This document shows positions 1 through 12,763 of a stretch of DNA of 64,000 nucleotides, piece after piece. Position 1 is the stretch's first letter. Each line of letters begins with the position of its first letter. The notes under the pieces are model-generated. The model saw nothing but the letters and a program-made list of their open reading frames with translations. It was not told the origin of the DNA and did no database searches. The DNA comes from Gekko japonicus (taxonomy: Eukaryota): assembly GCF_001447785.1 (NCBI RefSeq), contig NW_015172563.1, forward strand, positions 862,150 through 926,149. The letters are read 5' to 3'. Both the position numbers and the translations under genes were made by a program.

Positions 1-1390
1 CATTTGAATCCAGCCATTCCAGTCTGAGGTTCAATTTAGATTTAAAAAGCAAAGTTTGTTTGCTATATATAAAGCATTTTTTGCAGCACTAAATAACATA
101 AAACTGAAAGGGAGATATTTATTTGCAAACACTGGCAGACATTCAGGGAACAAGGGGTGCACAGTTCCTCATCATACTCTATGACAGTCAGTAAAAACAG
201 GTGTGCTATGGCAGTACAGTATGAATCAGTCTTTAATCCAGCAACATATCCTGTTTTCATAACGGAGTCCTATTACATACACCTCAGTGAAAACAAAACT
301 GTGTGTGTGATCCAAAGATGGTAGGTTTCTTCATATACTACAATGGAAACGCTCTGAACAACCAAAGGGTGAACGTGCAGAACAGTCTCTATCACTAAAG
401 TGAATGTGAAATCCCTTACAGCTAGGGAAACTTGATGTTCACACTGTAGGATCTACACCAAGAGTTCATTAAATTAGGGCAGTTATACAGTAATAATTTA
501 ATGAAGGTGTACATACTGTGCACTGAAAACTGGTTTTCCTGCTGCTGGGAAAGAATTATTTTTACTCACAGAGAGTCTACCTCAAGGAGGCCACAGTAAG
601 AATCCCAGTGTATTTCAGCTCAAGGCCTTAAAATGTACCCAAACACTTAGAAAGTATCAGCAGTGCAGATTATTTTACAATTTAATCTTATTAGTGGCAA
701 ATAATGAAAGCAGACACTTCTCTCTGTCTCTAATATATATCCATCTCTTTGCAAAGGCAACATGTGTAAGGGTTTAAAAATTGTGGAAATATAGATATAA
801 GTGGGTTTTTTTAATGCATCAACCAAAGTATTAGCATCAAGCAAATGTTATGGTCAAGGTACAAATCCCTGAAATGAGAGTTTTTAATAAATGAAAACAC
901 TGACACAACCTTCACTATAGTATTGCAAACATCAACGCTATTTTACTTTGCTTAAATATCACCTAAGACTACAACAAGCCAATAATTAATTATAGAAACA
1001 TACAAATGAGGATAACAAATTAGTTGTAAATGTAATCTTTCCTTCTTCTCTTTCAGCCCATTTGAAGACACTTGAAAGGGAACTGGAGGCTAAGAATAAT
1101 CATTCCGTCACAGGTTTATAAATCTTAAGCATTCTTTCAGTGGGAAAACTCATTTTCATACAAACAAATAATTTAAGGCAAGAAACGGTCGGAATAAAAA
1201 CAGCTATGGCAAGTTGGTAGGTCAGGCAAGCAATGGGTCACTCAAGCCAATTATTGAACTGATTCTTTTTAAATTGAGAAGCATTCTTATAACCTCAGAA
1301 TTTTAATAGGAAGTTGACCTTAACTTAGCACGTGATGGTCCCACCAATTTCAAGCCCTGGCCAGACGTGTATTCTCGAACTGGAATCAGT

Positions 1391-1579
1391 NNNNNNNNNN
1401 NNNNNNNNNNNNNNNNNNNNNNNNNNNNNNNNNNNNNNNNNNNNNNNNNNNNNNNNNNNNNNNNNNNNNNNNNNNNNNNNNNNNNNNNNNNNNNNNNNNN
1501 NNNNNNNNNNNNNNNNNNNNNNNNNNNNNNNNNNNNNNNNNNNNNNNNNNNNNNNNNNNNNNNNNNNNNNNNNNNNNNN
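1391..1579. other. Assembly gap
   Basis: Run of N. Confidence 1.
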
Positions 1580-2057
1580 AGACCAGGCCCTCCCACTTGG
1601 TAAGGCAAAAAACCCCAAAAAACCTTTATTAAACCAATCATTACCACTTAAGGTAATGAAAACATGCCAAGGCATTTAACACAAAAGTTCTAAAGGTCAC
1701 TGATCTAAACAATTCATCTATCACTATTATGGCCTCCCTTCACAAAAAAGAAAACACTATGTCTATTGTAGTTAATATCTGTCTAGGGTATATTTGAGGC
1801 TGGCCTTATAGAGAAAAAAAGCAATGCCAAAATATCATTCTTTTTTTTAAAAAATCTCTATTTTTCAATTTAGACATCTTTAATGCAATATGTAAATGAT
1901 AGGAAAAATAGTGCCCAATTAACCTATATTGGGGGGGGGGGAATCATGATCTGATCCTCAACTGTTTTGCTTAGTTAGCTACAGCAAAGAAAAAGAGAAA
2001 AGAAAAAGTGCAGATTCTATGCAAAACTAAGAACAACACTGTAGCACAATACAGTAC

Positions 2058-2153
2058 CTGCTTGTTTAGACCTAGCATATTGCAGACCATATCTCTGGAA
2101 TAGGGTTGCTCCAGCACATACCGCAACAAAGCCGTTTGGGGCTCAAACAGATC
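2058..2153 (-). CDS. MED23: MED23 exon 10 (DLFEPQTALLRYVLEQPYSRDMVCNMLGLNKQ), 96 nt; gene continues beyond the left edge
   Basis: Within ORF 1971..2210; AG/GT boundaries. Confidence 0.96.
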
Positions 2154-3022
2154 CTTGAAAACAAAAAAAGCAAACAAATACCAGCATATTGACACAAAGC
2201 TAGTCTTCATTCAGAAAGTGAAATCAGAGTCACTGTCCAGGTCACTTTGACCAATTTTAAGCTGGTAATGTATATGTTTTGCTTTATGCTTTAGTTCCCC
2301 CCCTTTGGGGAGAAGAGTTAGCAATTTAACCCTAAATATTACCTTACCTCTGACTGTCACTATGATGATACCCCACCCAAATAAAACTACACCCAAATGC
2401 TGCGGCATTTCACATTTGTAGGTATGGAAGCTTTCACAAAAGCAGCAACTCATCTGACACATTCCTCAGTTCCTCACCAGCTTCATTTTATAATCTCTCT
2501 CTCTTTTTTTAACCTCAAAACAATAGGGTTAAATGATCAGAGACAACTTACCTCTTCTTGCCTTTTAAATGTATCACATGGTGCTAAAGATTATACCTTA
2601 GTTTAGCTATCCACGTGTATTTTATTCACATACACCCCTCCCCTAGATTCTTCTCAAAGATGCATGATGATGAGTTTGGGAAAAGGGAGAAGAAGAACTA
2701 ACGACTATTTCTACAGAACAATTTAGGTCTGTATGAAAATGCCACCTCCGGAAGCTATTTCCTTCAGATATGTTTCTCCCTTTGGCAGAGTTCTCCTATG
2801 GCACCAACACAAGCATCAACAGCGGTAGGGCCACTGACAACATCACCAGCCACACGCGCAATTTACTTTTCCAGAAGGACCATAGCAGATGAACACTGGA
2901 GGTGTTTTCATAAGGTGCTTCTGAAAACAATGGAGTAGACCTTGTAGCATAAACTAATCTAAGAGGAAGAAATAATGGGCACTGCTGTATAAAGTTTTCA
3001 CGACTATCACATGAGCATATAC

Positions 3023-3135
3023 CTTATCATATGGCAAAAGGCCTCTCAGGGGAAAACGAAGAGTTGTAGGATCCAGCTTCCAGGAATTGCAAATAGCACC
3101 AGAGTTATTTACCACAGGAAGTAGACTACATCTCC
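3023..3135 (-). CDS. MED23: MED23 exon 9 (GRCSLLPVVNNSGAICNSWKLDPTTLRFPLRGLLPYDK), 113 nt
   Basis: Within ORF 2954..3181; AG/GT boundaries. Confidence 0.96.
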
Positions 3136-3882
3136 CTACACATATTGGACACCAAAGAGAAAAAAGTGATTCACAAAACAAGAACTGTCATATAGTTTGC
3201 TATGCTCTGCACTGGAGTGCTGTCCACTGCGAATAAAATAAATCATGCCTTAGGTTGACTACCGATGTCAAAATCTTGTATTTTCAGATATGACCAGCAA
3301 TCAGAATGACTTGAGTAATATATACCAAATTTCAGCATTCTTGCTACTTTGTAAACTTGCCTGTAAGCCTTCTTGCCATTTTTGTGTATATAAAAGAAAG
3401 GCTAATCCAAAGAATCTGATCTTGTCCAGATATGTGACATTTAGCTACAAGCTATAGCTTTGGCTAGCACATCTACTATGCATGCATGGGAACTAAGACA
3501 CAGCCACACAGCCCTAATAACTTACTTTTCTTAAAAACCAAGAGGACAGCAGTGCTAACCACTGCAGCCCTACCATGCTCAAAAGGCCAAGAGAATTCTG
3601 AGTGGAGCTACAATGCATCCTGCTTTCCTTAAATCCTTGAAATAACAGTAAAAGTCTTACACAACAAGATAAGGCTGATGCAACTTTGCCAGCACACTGC
3701 CATGACTAGGACTACTGCTTTGTTGTCAAGTACATTACGCCTAATTCTGAGTAACAAATCACTAGAGCGCAGGAACGGGTAGTAAAACTAGCTGATTAAC
3801 AGGCACAATAGTAATAGTCACACTATTTTTTAATTTTTACACTACAAGCAAAAGTACACTAAATTAACAGAGAAGTTCTTAC

Positions 3883-3952
3883 CACAGATGGAGTTTATTC
3901 TTGCTGTGGGTCTGAAGGAATCCACGAAATCTGACAGCAGGCTGCCTAACAA
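3883..3952 (-). CDS. MED23: MED23 exon 8 (LLGSLLSDFVDSFRPTARINSIC), 70 nt
   Basis: Hand translation; poly-T/AG acceptor, GTAAGA donor. Confidence 0.95.
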
Positions 3953-4622
3953 CTAAAAAAAAAGTTAAGATTAATATCCAGTTGAATAAAGGATGTTCAC
4001 TGGATTACTTGGCAGTTATTTTCATTTCATCAGTACTACATGATTCATCCAAGTACTGTTAATCTGGGTCTACAACAACTAGACTTTTAATTAAAGTACT
4101 GGACCCAGAGACCCATCACCTGAAGATGCTGATGGATCTTGGTCCCTCCCTCCAACAGATCTTTCCAACCACAGAAAATTGATTCCCAGGTTCCATGACC
4201 AGCATAGACTAAACTCCAGTGGGACAGGGATCTGCAATGAGGAGAAGGAAAGGGGAGAAACTATCCCTCCAACCTCTGCCTTAAGTGGAACCCACAGATC
4301 AGAAGATCCTCAAGACTGGCCAGTGGCCACACCCACTGATTCACTGCTATATGTTCCAAAACACAAGCAGAAGGATATTTAAACACCTCCTATCAAGTAT
4401 GGCTTGCAACAGAATTTAGTTCACTTCACATCATATACCTTAAATGCTCTCTTCTATGCACCAAGAGATGCAATACAACAACAAAAAAAAGAGGCTGACA
4501 TGAAACGGGAGAATTCCGAGTACAACTGCATTCAAGCCATTTATTTCAAAAGATATGAGATTAAGTAGGCCTTTAGTGGCACTATTCTGGCACATAACAT
4601 TTTTACTTGCTGGGTAGTTTCT

Positions 4623-5116
4623 TTCTTTCTTTCTTTTTTAAAGAACAATTTTTATTATAGGAATATTACATCACGTTCAACATAAAAATATTAGAATTAA
4701 TACATATCCCTTTTCCTTCCCGCAGTGGTCCCACCCCCCTCCCATTTATCATTTCTTTTAACTCTTCTTATCTCTAACAAAAACAACCATAACACTTGTT
4801 TGTATACCGGTAACCTATAGTTCAACATATGAGTTTTTAACTTTTCTATATCTCGGAGTCTATAAACTCTATTCTCAATAATTCTCTAAGGAGAACAAAT
4901 TATTCTTCACGTCCCAATCTTTCTCTAGATATTCTTTAAAGTAAGTCTAACCAATCTGCAAAGAATTCTTCCGAATTTTTGCTATTCAATTTCCTTGTAA
5001 GTTTGTCCATCTCTACCATAAAAAGTAACTTCTTAATCCATTCCCAAATCATTGGTACTTTTTCTTGTTTCCAAGCTTGAGCATAAGTCATTCTAGCCGT
5101 TGTAATTAGGTACCAC
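4623..5116 (-). mobile_element. 5'-truncated L1-like LINE (ORF2 C-terminus + 3'UTR)
   Basis: ORF 4936..5118 resembles an L1 ORF2 C-terminus; A-rich (AAAG)n tail; 18-bp TSD ACTTGCTGGGTAGTTTCT at 4605-4622 and 5117-5134. Confidence 0.8.
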
Positions 5117-5479
5117 ACTTGCTGGGTAGTTTCTGAAAGCCAAGGTGCTTAATCTAATTTTACCTAAATTAGGTAAACCGGCTTCCTTGGTTGGTATGAG
5201 GGTCACAGAATAATTCCTTGCAACTTTTACCACTTGCTACAATCCTTTCTGAGAGTGTTTTGACATTATATACAATAAAACCATACCTACCTACCTACCA
5301 CTTGCTACAATAACATCATTCTACAGTTAGGCAAAGTGGCTTTCATTTAGCATTAGCTAAAGACTTTTCTGGGACTTTTCCAATTCATAGGAAGAACCTT
5401 GACATTATAGGGTGGCATTAACACATTAACAGGCTGTTATCTGCCACCAACTATGCTTCTGATTTGACAGGGGCTATAC

Positions 5480-5801
5480 CAGGTGTCTCCAAACTTTTTT
5501 GAGCCTGTGGCACCCTTTGGAATTCTGACACAAAATGGCTGCCGCAGGAGGCAGAGTCAACCACAAAATAGATCCTGCAGCTTACCTTTAGTCACCCAGT
5601 GAAGATCCTTGTGTTGTGGTGGCAGCTGCTGCCAAACCAGCATTTTTAAAAATCTGCACAGCCAATCAAACCTTCAGTGGCCAGTCAGAAGTCTTGCTAG
5701 GCAAAAGCCTCACCTGGCCTCGCACACTTTCTAAAAACATTTGGCGGGGAAACGTGTCTGTGGATGCTATGGCACCACTGGCACCACACTGGGGACCCCT
5801 G
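5480..5801. mobile_element. hAT-type MITE
   Basis: TIRs CAGGTGTCTCCAA / CTGGGGACCCCTG; degenerate 8-bp TSD GGCTATAC/GGCCATAG. Confidence 0.7.
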
Positions 5802-6388
5802 GGCCATAGCAATGACCTGTTAGGTTTGAAGTATTTGTTTTACTGATGGGGTTGAGTAAAAAAAAATGCCCTATCCTAACATACACTGTGCCCACTTCAG
5901 AAAAACACAGACATTAGTTCATACATAACACATGGTTTATACATTCCACCTTATGGGATGGCCTGTCCAAGGAACGCAGGAAGACAAACTCAATTCTTCA
6001 AGAGGGCTTTTCTGCACTGTACAAAATGATCCATCAGCTTGTTTGGATAAATGATTAAGGATGTGGTCCATCCCATGTGCAGTGGCAGTATTGTCGCCAA
6101 TGAGGCTAAGCCGAGGCGTGATTATCACTAATTGATTAAGGACTGCAGCCTGTACTGCTATACATAGTTTACTGTAAGTACGATGCACTGTGTAACTTTT
6201 GTATTGCTTAATGTGTCATGTCAATACTTATGCTATGTTCCAGTTCTGTGTTTTAGATTTCTGGCTGGTTCTTGACTTTTGCAATCCTAACGTACTGTTT
6301 ATAGAAGGTCCCATTTTGGTGATTGTATTGACTTACTCACCCTGTGACAAAAGGGGACTATAAATAATGTAAAGAAAGAAAGTCTCAC

Positions 6389-6490
6389 CCAGTGAGGAAG
6401 TTTTCCCTCAGGGTACAGCTTTCGGATCTCTGTCACTGCAAAGTATGCAGGTAGTAAACATGCATTCCTTTCTAAAATATAAGCAACCAC
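6389..6490 (-). CDS. MED23: MED23 exon 7 (VVAYILERNACLLPAYFAVTEIRKLYPEGKLPHW), 102 nt
   Basis: Within ORF 6299..6490; AG acceptor, GTGAGA donor. Confidence 0.96.
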
Positions 6491-7185
6491 CTAGGCAAAA
6501 AAAGTTTATGTTATTAACAAATGGAAGGGGGTGACTCATACAGAAGCAGTAATGGCAGCAAAGCACGGCCAGAAATAATTGCAATCATACAGAGAACAGA
6601 GCTTTCATTTTAAGTCCAAATTATGCTGTGATGCTCTTACATCCCTGAAAGCTAGTGTGATAGCTGAGAAGACAGTGAATACTTAGATTTAAAAACATAA
6701 AGCTATCAATGCTTTGAGATGTTAAAATACTGAAACATTATATTTGATAACATCATACTTCCTTCAGGAAGGCTGGACAATTGAAACTGATTTTGTTTTC
6801 AATTTTAATGTGCTATAACAACATGGCAATTAATGGATCAAATGAAATATTTCAACCGGCATATTTTATTTCAGTAGCTGTATTACTTACTTTAACTGGA
6901 GATTTAATTATACTTTCTGAGAGCCTCAAATGCAGAGATTTGAATTCAGTGTAACTTACTATCTAAGAAGTGCAGCAAACACTTCAAGAGCATATAATCT
7001 GCACATCACATGCAAAGAACAATGTTTACTAACAGAACAGTGTCAGATAAGATCAACTTTCAAAAATCTTTTAACTAGATTTAAAATACGTTACAAAAAT
7101 TCCTCAAAAACCAAACAAGAACAGAGAAAACGCAGACTATGAAGTCAAAAGTGACTCGCCATCGTATAAAGTTTTGCCATTTTAC

Positions 7186-7284
7186 CTCTCTTGCAGCTAA
7201 AAGTTGCTGTACAACAGCAGAGCTCACTGTGTTAGGAATAGTTAGGATTTTCTCTAGGATAACCTTCAGAAGATCTCGCACACC
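7186..7284 (-). CDS. MED23: MED23 exon 6 (GVRDLLKVILEKILTIPNTVSSAVVQQLLAARE), 99 nt
   Basis: Overlaps ORF 7081..7281; AG/GT boundaries. Confidence 0.96.
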
Positions 7285-7588
7285 CTATAAAGATACAGAT
7301 AAAATGTTTTAATGTAGAAATCCTGTACACCATAGTGACAGAAAATTCAAAACAGAAGATATATGCGTTCTTACCACTGTATGGTAAGATCTCCTATCTC
7401 CTTTAAAAACATTCTGAAAAAACTACCATATGCACCAGTTTAACAAAAGGGTTAGCTCCCATTTATCTCCTCTTGACTTAATGAATGCAACATACCAGAC
7501 CTCTGCATAGTTACCTTGAAAACCACATCAGGTTTCTATGCATCAATCCTCTCTGTAGTTTTGGACAGGTAATCCATTGGATAGGTAA

Positions 7589-8712
7589 TCATCCCCCTAA
7601 ATTCCATAGTATACCAGGTGGATGATTTGGAGCGGGGGCGAAGAGGATGTTGGTGGCAATTTTGTTGATGGCTTCAGAGAGATGGGAATTCCAGTCCTCT
7701 ATCAGCACATCTAAGGAGTTGCCGGGGGCATTGGATCCCGCAGAGCATTCTGGAATCCAACTGGATCCATTAGTCTCTGCAGGCAAGCAAAAATCAGCTT
7801 GCCACCTAGACTGGGGGGGTAGGGATACCCATCTGGGCCTTCAGGACCATGTGATCTGACTGTAGCACTTTCTCCTTAATAACCAGATCCATCCTCATGC
7901 TGAAGATTAAGTCCAGGGTGTGGCCTGCTTGATGTGTGGTACCCGATACAATTTGAGAGAGCCCCAGTGCTGCCAGGGAAGACACTAGGCCCAATGCCTG
8001 CAAGGAGGCGGCAGCAGCATCGGCATAGACGCTGAAGTCCCCAAGTACCACCAGACATGGGAACTCCAAGGCCCAGCCAGCTACCATCTCCAGCAGGCTC
8101 AGCAGGCTGTCAGCTGATGTGCTAGGCGACTGGTACACCAGACATACAGCTAAGCTCTCCTCAGCATCCCAAACCAGACCAACACAGTCAATCCTGGCAA
8201 TCTTTGGGATGGGGAGTGGCCTGAAGAAAACCTCCTGAATGAGTATCGCCACCCTTCTCCATACCCCTTGCTCACGACTGATGAAGGACTGAGAAACCTG
8301 GTGGGGCCAGCTTTTCCATGGCGACTGTTTCACCCTCCCACACCCAGGTCTCGGTCACACAAGCCAATTCCACATTTTGCGCTGCAATATAATCCAGCAG
8401 CACTTTGGTTTTATTGTTAATGGACCTGGCATTGCACAACATCAGTGTCGAAGAGGGGTCAGTATTCCTAGCCCTCACACCAACGTGTCTCAGGATGGGA
8501 TGAAGGTTGGAAGGAGACCGAGCATATCCATATCTCCATCTCCTTCCATTCCAACACCTTCTCCTACCTACATACTCCCCAGAGCCCCCGATCACTGGGA
8601 TCCCCCGCCAAAGCTGGCACCCCAAATATCGACTAGAAGCATTCTGCTGTTCCCTTCCTCCACCACTTGCAAACAACAATCCAGCAATACAAAAAGATCT
8701 TCCTTTCATCAC
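7589..8712 (-). mobile_element. L2/CR1-group LINE fragment, APE endonuclease region (frameshifted)
   Basis: Motifs LCNARSINNK, ACVTETW, VLGDF, HQAGHTLDLIF across ORFs 8272..8712 and 7806..8333. Confidence 0.85.
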
Positions 8713-8944
8713 TAACTAGCTAACTAATACAGCAGTATTAATAACCCAACATACCGTAACTAACCTATCAGCATAAGCTCCCAGATAATTGCACCCAAAC
8801 AAGATATCCCAACACCCCCAACTCCAACCCCCTCCCAAAAGTACTATTTTTTCCAACCCTCCAATTATCGTAGATACTACAATAAATAAATTATAAAAAC
8901 CATCTTGTTAGATACTAATGATCCCCTGATAGCATGACTCGACC

Positions 8945-9273
8945 CATGTTCAACTGGGGGGTTGAACATGGTGCTCCTCTGCACCCTCTGCTACATTCAG
9001 TGGACACTCCGATGACCCCAGCCCTGATTTCTCCACGTCTCCCCCAGTTTTGGTGCCTGGGGCTTCCATCCTGCTGGAGAGCCCCATTCAGCCCAGCCAG
9101 ATCATGCATGTTCAACTGGGGGGTTGAACAAAAGTGCTCCTCTGCACCCTCTGCTACATTCAGTGGACACTCCGATGACCCCAGCCCTGATTTCTCCACG
9201 TCTCCCCCAGTTTTGGTGCCTGGGGCTTCCATCCTGCTGGAGAGCCCCATTCAGCCCAGCCAGATCATGCATG
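8945..9273. repeat. Tandem duplication, 2 x 162/163 bp
   Basis: Units start at 8945 and 9107 and are near-identical. Confidence 0.95.
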
Positions 9274-9984
9274 GCAATCAGCTGGTCAATCAGTCATCTG
9301 CTCACTCTCTGCTTGAGGCATCCCAATCCAGGCATGTCAAATTGGGCTAGGCACATCATCCTGATGTTCCACCAGCCGGGGAGTTACAACAAACAGGTAG
9401 ATGACCCTCAGCAGGTTTTAGCCCAAGAGTTCTGTTCTTGAAAACTAGAGATAGGCCTGTACAGGTTATTGACTAAGCATGTGTGCTACAAAGCAGATAA
9501 TTGGGTGGAATACAGACAGGTGGAATAATTACAGAAGTCTAGTAAAACAAATGCAGTTGCAAGCTAGATCTACTTACAATGCTTAAGCACCCCACTCCCT
9601 AGGGATGTGTTCAAGGCTGAGAGCTTTGTCTTTGTCGGGGAGCTTACCGAGACCTGTCAAAGGAGTTGCTGGAGATTTGTTTTGCCTGAACATGTTTCCA
9701 ACAGTCCATGAACCATGCCCAAAGAACCGTGAACAAAAAAAACTACACCCAAGGTTCCCCCATTTGATGAGGTTCCCTCACATTTGGCGATGCAAGATAA
9801 AATCCCTAATCAGCAATCTTGGGCTCATGACTTTCACTCAAGTCTTGTGTACTTCATCAGATGGTTGTAAGGAGCAAAGGACAGAATGTAAGGACAAGAC
9901 GGATGAATGTATGTTGCCTTGAATTCTTGGGGGAAAGCCTGGAGACAAACATATATTACTATACTGGAGTTTTTGGATGATTAC

Positions 9985-10096
9985 CTTGTAGTCTATGCCA
10001 CCAATTATTTTTCGGACAAGTTTAAATGTTAGAGACCAAAGCTGTGTCCTCTCCCATTCAAGGTTATCAGAATTTAGCAGAGATTCACAAACCAAC
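9985..10096 (-). CDS. MED23: MED23 exon 5 (LVCESLLNSDNLEWERTQLWSLTFKLVRKIIGGIDYK), 112 nt
   Basis: Within ORF 9838..10110; AG/GT boundaries. Confidence 0.96.
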
Positions 10097-10209
10097 CTAG
10101 AGAAATTCAAAACAAAAATGAGATATACATTTTGTAAGAATAGTCAGCAGATCCCAATACCAATAATCCTTATCTGTAAGAGGTCAAGCCTTAAGCAACT
10201 GGAACATAC

Positions 10210-10334
10210 TTGGGTGGCAGCAGTCCAGTCTCCACAGCCATTGCTAGACAGTCATACAGAAAAGAAATTCTTTTAGGGCTATGCTGGTTATGTATGAATC
10301 TTACAATCCACTGAACGCATTGTTCATGAGATTC
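10210..10334 (-). CDS. MED23: MED23 exon 4 (ESHEQCVQWIVRFIHNQHSPKRISFLYDCLAMAVETGLLPP), 125 nt
   Basis: Hand translation; cccacag acceptor, GTATGT donor. Confidence 0.96.
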
Positions 10335-11450
10335 CTGTGGGAGGGGAAAGATATTAAAATTAGTCCAGATATTTTCCTATGTTACGATTTACAAAAACAC
10401 TGAATGGAAACATTTTCACTGATAAACTCTTTGGTGCACATAATCTTAAAACTATTCGCTAATTTTTTATCCTATGAGAAATTATCCAAGTGAATAACAA
10501 AGACCGATGATCCAAACCCACTAAATTCATCTGATTGCCTGTAAATTGAAAGAAAATGCTATCATAACAAAGATCTTGACAGGCTGCTGGTATAACAATT
10601 ATTAAACCCAGTCTTAGGCATGACTACTTCTAAATCCTACTGAGTTAAAATGGGAATTCCTAGCAAATGTGATTAGGACTGTAACGTTCTCATACTTACT
10701 GGGGTCAAACATACTTCATTCAGGACAAAAAGCAGCAAAACAAAATACTTAGATAAAAACTTTCCCTCTGGATCATAAAAGGTCAAAGTTTTCATGAAGG
10801 CAAATAATTGGTTCCAGTCTACTGAATGAACACATGGAAATTTTGGCTATTCCCTGTTGAAGCTGATCCAGGAATGCACAGCTGAGGGGGAAAGGGAGTA
10901 GGACTAAAATGTTAACATAAATTAAAGATTAACAGCCATCAATTTAGCTAATATTTAGTAGATCCTGATTTTTAAGAGGAAGGCAGCTCCCAGCCTTATA
11001 ATATGTAACATTTTATTTTACCATAAAAAGATTACAGCGCTCAGCAGTACACTAAAACCACAAAACTTGACCTAAACAGTTCACAATTATAAAAATATAT
11101 TGTTTTCTGCAATATTTCTTCATTTTTCTTTGGGATGTCAAAAGTGCCCAATGCTAACAGGTTTCCAATAGGAAAGTGTTTCACAGAGGTGAAGTTACCA
11201 CTGGAAAAAAATGCCTCCTGCTCCTTCTAGTATAACCCAATAGGAGACAAGGCACTGCTGAAATCAGAGGAAAAAGTTAGGGCTCCTGTGAGAAGAGGTG
11301 CATGCTGCGGTATGCTAGGTCAAAAGTAATTTGTAAAGGTTAAAAATATGATAAGCATCTGCTTATGAACTGTTTAGGTTGGGTTTTGTGTTTTTAGCAC
11401 ACTGCTGAGCACTGTAAAAAATACATACCAGCAACAAATGGAATACTCAC

Positions 11451-11538
11451 CTGAGAAAGATTGCTCCAAAACTGTCTAAAGGCTCCCAAGCAACTGATTA
11501 ATTTGGTTCTTTCATCTTCAGGAGTGTCCATAAACATG
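11451..11538 (-). CDS. MED23: MED23 exon 3 (MFMDTPEDERTKLISCLGAFRQFWSNLSQ), 88 nt
   Basis: AG acceptor, GTGAGT donor, phase consistent with exons 2 and 4. Confidence 0.96.
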
Positions 11539-11639
11539 CTGTTGCAAACAAAACCACTGTTATTCACAAAGGGTTCTACCACTAGGAATGCAACCAAATG
11601 TTTACAATCCTACAAGCAAGTAAATGGTACTGTACTTAC

Positions 11640-11671
11640 CCAGGGAAAGCCTCCTCAATGACCTCTGTTTT
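11640..11671 (-). CDS. MED23: MED23 exon 2 (KTEVIEEAFPG), 32 nt
   Basis: ttcttccag acceptor, GTAAGT donor, translation matches MED23. Confidence 0.96.
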
Positions 11672-12459
11672 CTGGAAGAAGAAAACAAACAAGCATGAAG
11701 CCATACTTGCAGATAAAAGCTACTCTGCTGACTGTTCTACGTTTTTTCTCCCCTGTGTTCAGCCACAGTCACTCAGAGAAACCAAGCAATCAAATAATCA
11801 AATCACATCTCCTGAGATGAAGAGTGATCTGCAAGAACAATTAATATCAAGGGATCAAAAAAGAAACAATTGTACAATGATCACCATCAATGGCTACTAG
11901 AAGAAGGCATAATATCAATTTCCACATCCTGAAGTGCTGCTTATTCAGAACAGGGCAGCAACCTCAGAAACAAACAAGAAAAACAGCTTTCAAAGGATGA
12001 AGATCCTCACTTCAGAGCATGGGTACAAAAGAAATTTTTGACCTGGCCCCTAAACAACAGAAAGGTAGGTACCAGGCAAGCCTCTGAGGGGAGGGGGAAT
12101 TCCCAACCTGAGATGCCACAATCCCAAAAGCCCTGCCTGGTCTACATTTGCAGGCAAGGGCAGAGAAAGAAGGGGTTGTGCTGTCTAGAGATATGAAGGC
12201 TCAGGGGGAAAAAACACACCAAAAATTGGGAAAATGTTTTCCCCATGGCCTTTCCCACAGTTTTCTGATGGGAAAACCTCAAATTTTGGAGAGTACTCGG
12301 GGGAGGGGGGGGTCCGATGAAACATTTTCTTTCTCTCCTTCCCCCACGCGCTTTGCCCTCAAGTGGGAGCCAATTTATGGAGATCCTATAGCATTTTCAT
12401 GGGAAGAGACGTCCAGACATTCTTTGCCACTGCCTACTTCTGTGTATCAACCTTAGATG

Positions 12460-12552
12460 TCCTTGGTGGTCTCCCATCCAAATACTGACCAGGGCTGACC
12501 CTGGTTAAGTTCTGGGATCTGACAAGATTAGGCTAGCCTGGGCTATCCAGGC
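12460..12552 (-). mobile_element. 5S rRNA-derived SINE head
   Basis: Reverse complement resembles the 5S internal region (GATC..GAA.TAA.CAGGGTCAGCCCTGGTCAGTA.TTGGATGGGAGACCACC). Confidence 0.75.
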
Positions 12553-12763
12553 CAAGGCATTTTCTCTTTTAGAATGAATGAAATGCTTTTACAGACTTAT
12601 GTGTAATAGGGATGTGCATTTGGTTCGTCTCCACATTCGGGCCCCTTTCGAGCTACTCTAATTCTCTAATCTGAATCGGCTTGCCACCGAATTGCCGCCG
12701 AAATTCGGCAGCAATTCAGACCCATTATATCCTATGGGCCTCTGAAGTCAATGGCAAAAACAT

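Noticed and set aside
1303-1679. ORFs containing X runs (also 33785-34603 and 58388-58891)
   Set aside because: Artefacts of N gaps
1-2057. MED23 alternative 18-nt microexon (TLNIAQ, recalled from mammalian isoforms) and exon 11
   Set aside because: No matching sequence found by eye; may lie in the gap or beyond the window
8945-9273. CRISPR-like array (also 49735-49838 and 62857-63168)
   Set aside because: Plain tandem duplications without unique spacers, in a vertebrate genome
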